Shown here one piece after another: positions 1 to 7,665 of a DNA stretch of 32,739 bases. The position numbers and the translations under genes are program-made. Location: positions 1 through 32,739 of the forward strand of contig LFWV01000001.1 in the NCBI GenBank assembly GCA_001273335.1, written 5' to 3'. Positions within the stretch are counted from its first letter, which is position 1. Each line of letters starts with the position of its first letter. The notes under the pieces were generated by a model, which saw only the letters and a program-made list of their open reading frames with translations, searched no databases and was not told the DNA's origin. Origin of the DNA: a miscellaneous Crenarchaeota group-1 archaeon SG8-32-3. GTDB taxonomy: Archaea; Thermoproteota; Bathyarchaeia; Bathyarchaeales; Bathycorpusculaceae.

Positions 1-94
1 TTATAGCTTCATAGGGACAAACTGAATAGCAAACACGACATCTGCTACATAAATCTTGATTTATTTCAATTGCAGCGAGACATTTTTCACTCAT
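1..94 (-). CDS. 4Fe-4S ferredoxin-domain protein, N-terminal fragment running off the window edge
   Basis: Too short for the ORF track. A minus-strand ATG at 94..92 opens MSEKCLAAIEINQDLCSRCRVCYSVCPYEAI. This contains a CxxCxxCxxxCP 4Fe-4S cluster motif. It lies 109 nt downstream of the trxB-like gene on the same strand. Confidence 0.6.
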   Translation of the reverse strand, partial: MSEKCLAAIEINQDLCSRCRVCYSVCPYEAI

Positions 95-203
95 GCTATG
101 ACCTCTTTCTGCTATTTCGCTTCGTGTTCTTCAAAGCTTCAGCATACCCGCTTTTGCTTATGGAAACAGGAAAAGGGTTTTTGAACGATATAATGTTTTC
201 CCT

Positions 204-1136
204 TTATCTCCTGTAATAAGGTCTTCGAATATACCCGTACGCTTCAAGGGCTGCAGTGATACCTTGACCCACAGCGGTGCCAACCTGCTTAGCAGGATGA
301 CTCGTCACATCACCAGCCGCATAAACTCCTGCTACACTGGTTCGCTGGAAAACATCTGCTTTTATGTAGCCGTGCTCGTTGACTTCCAAGCCTGCTTCAC
401 ATGCGATTTGGCTGTTCGGTGCCTCACCGATTTGCACGAAAACCGCGTCAACCGCAATTTCTTTCGTTGCGTTTGCCTTGTTATCGTATAATACGACCGC
501 ACTTACAAGTTTGTTACCCTTAATTTCTCGCACTTCAGTGTTCAAGAAAATCTGCACGTTTTCTTTGGAATCCACATCTTTCACGAGAGCGTCTTCAGCG
601 CGGAAAGCGCCTCTGCGATGAACCATCAAAACCTCAGCAGCAATACCTGAAAGGTAAAGAGTAGTAGTGGCTGCCGAGTTGCCGCCGCCGATCACAAGCA
701 CACGCTTGCCCTTGAAAAATGGGCCATCGCAGACACCGCAGTAGCTTACGCCTCTTCCGCGGAACTCTTTCTCGCCTTTAACGCCAATTTCACGGTAATG
801 CGAGCCGGTAGCAATGATTAAGGATTTGGCTTCGTATTCTCTTCTGGTGGTTTTCACGATTTTCTGTTCGCTTGTAAGGTCCAAAGCAGTTACAGTTTCG
901 ATTTCATGTATGTTTGCGCCAGCTTTTTTGCAGTGAAGTGCCATCTTTTGCGCCAGTTCGCCACCGGTTATATGTGGGAAACCAGGATAGTTTTCCACAA
1001 TTGGAGCATCAGCTGCTGTTCCCCCAGCCATTTTTTCGTCAATAACAAGGGTTTTTAGTCCGCTTCTTGCGCCATAGATTCCCGCGGCTAAACCAGCTGC
1101 ACCAGCGCCAATAACTATTAACTCCCAGCTTTCCAT
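204..1136 (-). CDS. trxB: thioredoxin reductase-like FAD/NAD(P)-dependent pyridine nucleotide-disulfide oxidoreductase
   Basis: Motifs seen: N-terminal GxGxxG (VIGAGAAGLAAG), redox CxxC (CGVCDG), second dinucleotide motif GGGNSA, HRRGAFRA, and C-terminal GD motif (AAGDVT). The track ORF starts at TTG 1154. ATG at 1136 (MESWELIVIGAG) is the more likely start. Confidence 0.8.
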   Translation of the reverse strand: MESWELIVIGAGAAGLAAGIYGARSGLKTLVIDEKMAGGTAADAPIVENYPGFPHITGGELAQKMALHCKKAGANIHEIETVTALDLTSEQKIVKTTRREYEAKSLIIATGSHYREIGVKGEKEFRGRGVSYCGVCDGPFFKGKRVLVIGGGNSAATTTLYLSGIAAEVLMVHRRGAFRAEDALVKDVDSKENVQIFLNTEVREIKGNKLVSAVVLYDNKANATKEIAVDAVFVQIGEAPNSQIACEAGLEVNEHGYIKADVFQRTSVAGVYAAGDVTSHPAKQVGTAVGQGITAALEAYGYIRRPYYRR

Positions 1137-1335
1137 GCTCAAACACCTCTTCAAACGGAATAATTGGGGCGGGGCGGTTTATGAATTATTCGGAGAGGGG
1201 GTGTTGTAACTGTTTTCAACTAGTAGTGAGTGGTCTTTAGGTTGAAATGGGCGCTGTTATAGTGGCTCCGTGGGAGTTGAGGGTTTAAGCTTATTTGGTA
1301 CTAGCGCCTTAATGTGTGAGCTAGAGGAATAGGAT

Positions 1336-2031
1336 GTGAAGTATGAGATTAAATACAAACCGGCTTACTCGATGCTTGTAGTGAACTTGGATAAAGGCGA
1401 AGCAATAACGGGGGAATCAGGTGCCTTAACCTATATGGATCCAACGATAGAGGCACATACTCGCAAGAGAGAGAAAAGTCTGCTGGGAAGCATAGGGCTT
1501 ACCCTATTTGGTGGGCAATCTTTTTGGGTGAACGATTACGTGGCGGAAAGAGGTCCCGGGGAGGTGGCTCTAGTTGCGGCGCCTGTGGGAGACATTGAAA
1601 AGCTGGAGATCACGCTAGACCAAGGTTTCATAATACAGAAATCAGCATACATAGCGTCAACGCAGGGCATAGACTTAGACGTGAAGTGGGAAGGCTTTAC
1701 CAAAGGATTGTTCGGGCAGGGACTGTTCATGCTGAAGGCAACGGGCAACGGACAGTTATTTATCAACACTTTCGGCGCCATTGACACGCACAAGCTGGAG
1801 GCAGGACAAACATTGATAGTTGACAACTTCCACTTAGTCGGATTCAGTGCCTCATGCAGCTACAAAGTCACAAGGTTCGGCGGATTGAAAGAAACACTGC
1901 TAAGCGGAGAAGGATTAGTAACCCAAATCACGGGTCCAGGAGAAGTTCACATACAAACCAAGAACTTACGCGAGTTCGTAGAATGGCTTTGGACGCTACT
2001 AGAACCGAGAGTGCGATCAAGAGCCCGCTAA
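1336..2031 (+). CDS. AIM24 / TIGR00266 (DUF124) family protein, function unknown
   Basis: The N-terminus MKYEIKYKPAYSMLVVNLDKGEAITGESGALTYMD and the overall ~230-aa layout resemble the AIM24/DUF124 family. GTG start is preceded by a GAGGAA Shine-Dalgarno. Confidence 0.6.
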   Translation: MKYEIKYKPAYSMLVVNLDKGEAITGESGALTYMDPTIEAHTRKREKSLLGSIGLTLFGGQSFWVNDYVAERGPGEVALVAAPVGDIEKLEITLDQGFIIQKSAYIASTQGIDLDVKWEGFTKGLFGQGLFMLKATGNGQLFINTFGAIDTHKLEAGQTLIVDNFHLVGFSASCSYKVTRFGGLKETLLSGEGLVTQITGPGEVHIQTKNLREFVEWLWTLLEPRVRSRAR

Positions 2032-2038
2032 ACCCCAA

Positions 2039-2058
2039 TTTTTCATTTTTTAGTTTTT
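2039..2058 (+). terminator. triple oligo-T tract (T5, T6, T5), candidate archaeal intrinsic terminator
   Basis: The sequence ttttt ca tttttt ag ttttt begins 8 nt after the AIM24-like stop codon. Archaeal RNA polymerase terminates at oligo-T runs. Confidence 0.45.
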
Positions 2059-2092
2059 GTGTTAAACCTTCTTGAATCGAAAAGTACAGGCT

Positions 2093-3637
2093 TCATCTTT
2101 CGAGAGTGAAAGTGCTATCAACAGTGACTTTTTCTGGAACTCTGTCTAGCAGCATTTGTTCTTCGTGTTTTTTGCTAAGCACTATGGGTTGAAGTTTCTT
2201 GGCGAGGTCCAACGCTGACTGCAGTTTGCTGCTTCGCTCAGCGTATATTTCCAAGAGGGCTCCATCTTTCTTCACGGCTTCCCCCAGCTTTGCCTTGAGC
2301 ACTACGCCAGCGCCTTTTGCTCTTGGTGCACCCGCCATTTTTGCGATGTTAGCTATGTTAGCAGTGCTTATCCAAAGGACTCTGCCTGCTTGCTCAGTAG
2401 TCAATTCGGCTTTATGGGTGCCCACAGGTAGTTCATCAGATTTCACATGGGGGTTTCCGCCTTGGGCCTCTATGATTTCGCGCAGTTTCTGTTCGGCTCG
2501 TCCAGATTGCAGCATATGTTCGGCTTTCTTCCGTCCGTCCTCAACGCCGACCATTTCGAAAAGCATGCCCGCGAGGCTGACTGCCTTTTCTTTTAGGTCT
2601 GCTGGACCGCCACCCTTGAGAGCCATCAACGCTTCTTGCGCTTCGAGGACGGGTCCAACAGCGTAGCCTATAGGTTGTTCTCCGAAAGTCAAAGCGCACT
2701 GGATTTTCAGATCCAAACGCATGCCTAAGTCTACGAAGTCAGAAGCTAAACTGTACGCTTCTGTCATGTTTTTGATTTTAGCGCCGTTACCCGTTGGAAT
2801 GTCTATTGCAACATGTGTGGCGCCTATAGCTTTTTTCTTGCTCATAATCGAAGGCAAAAGCAGGGGGTCAATTCCTAAAGGATACTCGATTTGAATGAAC
2901 AGGTCGTCGGCTGGCGCTAAATCTAAGGCGCCGCCCCAAACGAGACAGCCATTTGTCTTCTCCACCACAGCCTTTATCTCACTGATAGCAAGGTCCACTG
3001 GACAAAGGGTTTCAACACGATCAGCGGTTCCCGCAGGAGAAGTAACCGCCCGCGAAGACGTCTTAGGTATCGTGAACCCGGCAGCCGCCACTATTGGCAC
3101 CACAAGCAGCGAAGTTTTATCGCCGGGTATACCGCCTATGCTGTGCTTATCCAGTATGGGTGCTTCGCCGAAGTCAAGCATATCACCAGTCTCCACCATG
3201 GCTCGGGATAAAGCTTCGTTCTCACCCATGTTTAAACCGTAAATGTTAAGCGCAGTCAAGAAAGCGGCAATTTCAGCTTCACTCAGATGCCTTTCAACCA
3301 CGTCTTTAACTATGATTACCATGTCGCGTCCCCGCAATCTTTCGCCGCGCAGTTTCGCCCGGACATGCTGGAGGGACTCAGGAAGCTCAGCCAAGTTCAC
3401 GTCCACTGTCTCGTCAGTTCTTAATCCAAGCGTCTCTGAGATTTCTTCGTAAAGCCCTATGTGGTCCTTCAGAAAATGTGTGGCAACGTTGGCTATGGCA
3501 ATTAACTGCTGTTCGCAGTATGTGATGCATATCCTGTCTGAAGAGTGCACCCCCAGCAACCGTGCGGTTTCCTCGTCTAGAATCGCGATTCTTCTTCCGC
3601 CAGCCGTGATATTCAAAACTTCAGCTATAAGCTCCAT
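2093..3637 (-). CDS. deoA: AMP phosphorylase (thymidine phosphorylase family, archaeal type with N-terminal extension domain)
   Basis: 514 aa. Shows glycosyl-transferase family 3 core motifs (DKHSIGGIPGDKTS, TSSRAVTSPAGTAD) plus the ~80-aa N-terminal domain typical of archaeal AMPpase. It is divergently paired with a form III RuBisCO gene. Confidence 0.8.
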   Translation of the reverse strand: MELIAEVLNITAGGRRIAILDEETARLLGVHSSDRICITYCEQQLIAIANVATHFLKDHIGLYEEISETLGLRTDETVDVNLAELPESLQHVRAKLRGERLRGRDMVIIVKDVVERHLSEAEIAAFLTALNIYGLNMGENEALSRAMVETGDMLDFGEAPILDKHSIGGIPGDKTSLLVVPIVAAAGFTIPKTSSRAVTSPAGTADRVETLCPVDLAISEIKAVVEKTNGCLVWGGALDLAPADDLFIQIEYPLGIDPLLLPSIMSKKKAIGATHVAIDIPTGNGAKIKNMTEAYSLASDFVDLGMRLDLKIQCALTFGEQPIGYAVGPVLEAQEALMALKGGGPADLKEKAVSLAGMLFEMVGVEDGRKKAEHMLQSGRAEQKLREIIEAQGGNPHVKSDELPVGTHKAELTTEQAGRVLWISTANIANIAKMAGAPRAKGAGVVLKAKLGEAVKKDGALLEIYAERSSKLQSALDLAKKLQPIVLSKKHEEQMLLDRVPEKVTVDSTFTLER

Positions 3638-3708
3638 GAAATATTCACAAGGCTAGAATATGTGAGGAAATAGTTAAAGATTTTAAGGAAAAAGTACTCA
3701 CAATAGCG
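3638..3708. promoter_or_regulatory. 71-bp divergent control region between deoA and rbcL
   Basis: AT-rich spacer with a TATA-like ttaaagatttta around 3675-3686. GGTGAGGAAG at 3708-3717 looks like a Shine-Dalgarno for an alternative TTG start at 3724. Confidence 0.35.
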
Positions 3709-4947
3709 GTGAGGAAGCCAGTTTTGAAGTACACAGACTTCGTCGATTTAAAATACGAGCCAGCGGAAACAGACTTAATTTGCGCTTTCTATGTGGAGCC
3801 AGAAGACATCAGCCTCAAAGAAGCCACAGGCGGAGTAGCCGCTGAAAGCTCCATCGGTACATGGACCGAACTCACCACGACAGAACCGTACATGGCAAAG
3901 CTTGCAGCTCGCGTCTTCGCCATTGTAGGCAACACGGCGAATATAGCTTATCCCATAGAACTTTTCGAGCAGGGAAACATGCCCAACATACTAAGCAGCT
4001 TAGCAGGAAACGTTTTCGGCTTAAAAGCACTGAAAAACCTGCGGCTCACAGACATCAAGTTGCCCGCTGAACTTGTGAAAAGCTTCAAAGGACCCAAATT
4101 CGGCATACAAAAAATCCGCAGCCTACTGAAGGTGCCTGAGCGCCCACTTGTAGGAACCATAATCAAACCTAAGCTGGGCTTAAAAACCAAAGATCATGCC
4201 AAAGTGGCTTACGAAGCGTGGGCTGGCGGATGCGACATTGTCAAAGACGACGAGAACCTTAGCAGTCAACGGTTTAACCCTTTTGAAGAGCGTATCGTGG
4301 AGACGCTGGATGGCAGAGACAAAGCTGAAGAGGAAACTGGCGAACGCAAAGTTTACATGGCAAACATCACTGGGGAAACCGAAAAAATGCTGAAAAGAGC
4401 CAAGTGCGTGCTGGATCACGGCGGAAGATACGTCATGGTTGACATTTTAACCTGCGGATGGTCTGCGCTGCAAACTCTTCGCGACCAAGACTTCAAACTG
4501 GTGATTCACGCACACAGAGCAGGTCACGCTTCGTTCACCAAAAACCCTAAGCACGGCATAGCCATGAGAGTCATAGCTAAAGTCGCACGCGTAATAGGTG
4601 TAGATCAGCTTCACGTGGGCACTATTGTGGGAAAAATGTCTGAAACCAAAGACGAAGTACTCGAAAACATTGATGCCTTGAAGATGGATATGGCGGGGTT
4701 GAAACCTGTTTTGCCAGTCGCTTCAGGAGGACTACACCCCCAGTTGATACCCGCTTTGATGGAATACTTTGGGAAAGACTTCGTCATACAAGCGGGCGGA
4801 GGCATCCACGGACACACAGATGGAACTTTTGCTGGAGCTACAGCCATGCGACAAGCAGTCGAAGCCATAATGCAAGGAAAAACATTGGAGGCATACGCTG
4901 AAACTCACAAGGAGCTCGAAGTAGCGCTGAAGCGCTGGAGAGAATAG
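3709..4947 (+). CDS. rbcL: ribulose-1,5-bisphosphate carboxylase/oxygenase large subunit, form III
   Basis: Catalytic signatures all present: ESSIGTWT, GNVFG, IIKPKLG, carbamylation site VKDDENL, HAHRAGHA, ASGGLHP, GGGIHGH. There is no small-subunit gene, and the neighbour is AMPpase. The start could be GTG 3709 or TTG 3724. Confidence 0.9.
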   Translation: MRKPVLKYTDFVDLKYEPAETDLICAFYVEPEDISLKEATGGVAAESSIGTWTELTTTEPYMAKLAARVFAIVGNTANIAYPIELFEQGNMPNILSSLAGNVFGLKALKNLRLTDIKLPAELVKSFKGPKFGIQKIRSLLKVPERPLVGTIIKPKLGLKTKDHAKVAYEAWAGGCDIVKDDENLSSQRFNPFEERIVETLDGRDKAEEETGERKVYMANITGETEKMLKRAKCVLDHGGRYVMVDILTCGWSALQTLRDQDFKLVIHAHRAGHASFTKNPKHGIAMRVIAKVARVIGVDQLHVGTIVGKMSETKDEVLENIDALKMDMAGLKPVLPVASGGLHPQLIPALMEYFGKDFVIQAGGGIHGHTDGTFAGATAMRQAVEAIMQGKTLEAYAETHKELEVALKRWRE

Positions 4948-5040
4948 ACAAGCAAAGCCAAAATCGCAGGGGATAGGCATGACCTACTATACACAGAAAC
5001 CGTAGTAGGATATAGACCCCCTATATGTTTCTGCAACGAA

Positions 5041-5064
5041 TTTCTATTAGGATCCTAATAGAAA
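5041..5064. repeat. 24-bp perfect palindrome tttctattaggatcctaatagaaa
   Basis: Read directly; the sequence is its own reverse complement. It lies 94 nt downstream of the rbcL stop and 126 nt upstream of the TraX-like gene. A T6 run sits at 5121..5126. Confidence 0.9.
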
Positions 5065-5189
5065 GCAAATATGTTGGCTCAGCGCTTATGACTCTGCTTT
5101 GGCTTTCTGTTTAGTCTCTGTTTTTTGGGAGTAGAATTCTTTTAATCTGCTTTTCTGCGAAAATATGATAAGCCAATTTCGGCAACATT

Positions 5190-5903
5190 GTGAGCGATAT
5201 GAAATTGCTTTCACCGACGAGAAGATTTGATTTCGGAAGAGACATACTCAAGATAATAGCAATCGTAACTATGCTGATAGATCATATTGGAAACATACTT
5301 TACCCTGACCTCTTGTTTCTTCAAATTATCGGCAGGCTTTCCTTTCCAATATTTGCGTATCTTGTAGTGTTAGGCGTAGAAAGCACGAAGAAACCTATTA
5401 AGTACATGGTGACGCTTCTCCTTTTTGCTCTAATTTCCCAGGTTCCCTATTTTCTCGCTTTTGGAATCCAGCCTTTTGAACGACTAGACGTACTGTTCTC
5501 GCTGTTGCTAAGCGCCATAACTATATACTTTTACAACAAGCGAAGTTCCATAGCTTTTGTTCCCCTGTTGCTTTCAGTAATTTTGCCGACCGAAGGAAGC
5601 TACTATGTTGTATTAACCGCGGTAGGTATGAAGCTTCTAAAGGACACTCCGAAAATCGGCACTCTCATCTTATTCGCTCTTAACATCCAATTCCTGCTAC
5701 TCTCTTCAGACCTTCATACCCAAATCCAAATACTGTCGCTCTTTGCGATACCGCTGATCTTTCTTCACATAAAAAACAAGTTAACAAAAGAAATACTTAT
5801 TCAAGAGAATTCTCTCGCTTACTCTTTGAGAAAATACACTTTTTACATTTTTTATCCGCTGCATCTAGCGTTGATTTTTTTGATAAAACTGTTTTTCTTC
5901 TGA
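5190..5903 (+). CDS. TraX-family-like polytopic membrane protein
   Basis: Very hydrophobic, roughly 7 predicted TM segments. The N-terminal LKIIAIVTMLIDHIGNIL resembles the TraX family signature. An alternative ATG start is at 5199. Confidence 0.5.
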   Translation: MSDMKLLSPTRRFDFGRDILKIIAIVTMLIDHIGNILYPDLLFLQIIGRLSFPIFAYLVVLGVESTKKPIKYMVTLLLFALISQVPYFLAFGIQPFERLDVLFSLLLSAITIYFYNKRSSIAFVPLLLSVILPTEGSYYVVLTAVGMKLLKDTPKIGTLILFALNIQFLLLSSDLHTQIQILSLFAIPLIFLHIKNKLTKEILIQENSLAYSLRKYTFYIFYPLHLALIFLIKLFFF

Positions 5904-5970
5904 ATTTCGCAACTCAGCGCTTTTCAATAAGTGTTATTACTATTATCTTGTGATTTATCCGTAAAGGTTC

Positions 5971-7626
5971 GTGTTACCTGTGCAACCGGAGAATAAACCT
6001 TGGTTCAGCTCATGGCCAAAGAATGTACCGAAAAACCTCGAATATCCAAATGTGCCACTACATGCAATTCTAGAAGAGACAGCGAAAGAGAATCCTGAAA
6101 AAGTAGCCATAGCCTATTTCAAAAGGGAAATCACTTATGCTGAGCTGGATTCGTTAGTCAGCCAGTTCGCCGCGGGGCTTGCAGCTTTAGGCGTGAAAAA
6201 AAGCGACAGAGTCGCGATTTTTCTTCCCAACATTCCCCAGTTCCTGATAGCTTACTTCGGTGTTCTCAAGGCAGGCGCCGTTTTAACTGCTATAAGCCCG
6301 TTGCATAAGGAGCGCGAAGTTGAGTATCAGTTGAACGACTCTGAATCTGAAACCGTGATTGCTTCAGAATCGCTTTATCCAATCTTGGAGAATGTTTGCC
6401 GGAAAACCAAGCTAAAAAACGCTGTAATAACCAGCAAGGAAGAGTACGCCTTCAAAAAACCCGTCGTCAGCAAAACCCCGCAAGCTCCAAACGTCCGCTC
6501 CTTCCAAGAACTTATGAAAAAACCAGTGAAAACTTCCAACTTGGACATAAACCCCCGAGAGGATTTGGCAGCGCTACAGTATACGGGCGGAACCACAGGT
6601 ACATCCAAAGGCGCCATGCTAACACACCTGAACTTGATCTCTAACGCTATTGCTTTTGCGGCGTGGATCAAGGGGACTGCAGAAGACACTTTTCTTGCTG
6701 CTTTGCCACTGTTCCATATTTACGGCATGACTACAAGCATGAATGCGCCCGTGAGCTTAGCAGCCAAGATGGTGCTGCTCCCCCTCTTCAAACCAGCAGT
6801 AGCCTTAGAGACTATCCAGCGGCACAAAGTTACGGTGTTCTGCGGTGTTCCCACTATGTACTCCGTTTTACTAGCTTACCCTGAACTGGGCAAATTCAAC
6901 TTGACAAGTATCCGCGTGTGTATTTCAGGCGCGTCGCCACTTCCGCCGCAAGTTCAGAAAGAGTTTATGCAAATAACTGGTGGTTTCCTCGCGGAAGGCT
7001 ACGGGTTAACCGAAGCTTCACCAGTTACACATTGCAACCCCGTGGACAAAGCTATGCACACTATACGAGTAGGCTCAATCGGCTTGCCCCTTCCAGATAC
7101 CGACGCCCGAATAGTTGATGCGGAAACAGGTGCAAAAACGCTTGCGCCAGACGAAATAGGAGAACTTGCTGTAAAAGGACCCCAAGTGATGCGAGGCTAC
7201 TGGCGGAACCTAGAAGAAACTGGACTTATCCTCCGAGGTGGGTGGCTCTTAACTGGAGACATCGCACGTATGGATAGAGACGGCTACTTCTATATAACAG
7301 ATCGCAAGAAAGACCTAATAAAGTACAAGGATTACAGCGTGTACCCCCGCGAACTCGAAGATGTGCTTTACGAACACCCCGCCGTGAAGCTCTGTGCCGT
7401 AGTCGGCAACCCCGCCCCAATCGTCGGCGAAATTCCGAAAGCCTTCATAATGCTTAAAGACGGCATCCAAGCCGTTGAAGCGGAGATAATAGCTTTCGTC
7501 AAGGAGAAAGTTGCTCCATACAAGGCTTTGCGCGAAGTGGAGTTCAGGCAACAACTGCCCATAAGCGCCGCAGGCAAAGTGCTCAAGCGCACGCTACAGG
7601 AAGAAGAGAAGAGAAAAAACATGTAA
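5971..7626 (+). CDS. AMP-forming acyl-CoA synthetase / long-chain-fatty-acid-CoA ligase family
   Basis: Shows the AMP-binding motif YTGGTTGTSKGAMLTH, GYGLTE, TGDIARMDRDGYFYITDRKKD, and the C-terminal lysine region SAAGKVLKR. Confidence 0.85.
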   Translation: MLPVQPENKPWFSSWPKNVPKNLEYPNVPLHAILEETAKENPEKVAIAYFKREITYAELDSLVSQFAAGLAALGVKKSDRVAIFLPNIPQFLIAYFGVLKAGAVLTAISPLHKEREVEYQLNDSESETVIASESLYPILENVCRKTKLKNAVITSKEEYAFKKPVVSKTPQAPNVRSFQELMKKPVKTSNLDINPREDLAALQYTGGTTGTSKGAMLTHLNLISNAIAFAAWIKGTAEDTFLAALPLFHIYGMTTSMNAPVSLAAKMVLLPLFKPAVALETIQRHKVTVFCGVPTMYSVLLAYPELGKFNLTSIRVCISGASPLPPQVQKEFMQITGGFLAEGYGLTEASPVTHCNPVDKAMHTIRVGSIGLPLPDTDARIVDAETGAKTLAPDEIGELAVKGPQVMRGYWRNLEETGLILRGGWLLTGDIARMDRDGYFYITDRKKDLIKYKDYSVYPRELEDVLYEHPAVKLCAVVGNPAPIVGEIPKAFIMLKDGIQAVEAEIIAFVKEKVAPYKALREVEFRQQLPISAAGKVLKRTLQEEEKRKNM

Positions 7627-7665
7627 ACACTGTAGAAACGTATAAGAGAATTCCGTGTTCTCTGT

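Noticed and set aside
1158-1191. 8-bp AT-rich inverted repeat (gaataatt / aattattc) flanking GGGGCGGGGCGG, upstream of the trxB-like gene.
   Set aside because: The stem is short and AT-rich and is easily a chance occurrence or simply TATA-like promoter sequence. It is not extended by flanking complementarity.
5190-5903. Lower GC of the TraX-like gene (roughly 35-45% in sampled lines versus about 50% in rbcL) as a sign of horizontal acquisition.
   Set aside because: Polytopic membrane proteins are rich in Phe/Ile/Leu codons, which lowers GC on its own. There are no flanking repeats, tRNA or integrase, and I cannot compute codon statistics reliably by eye.
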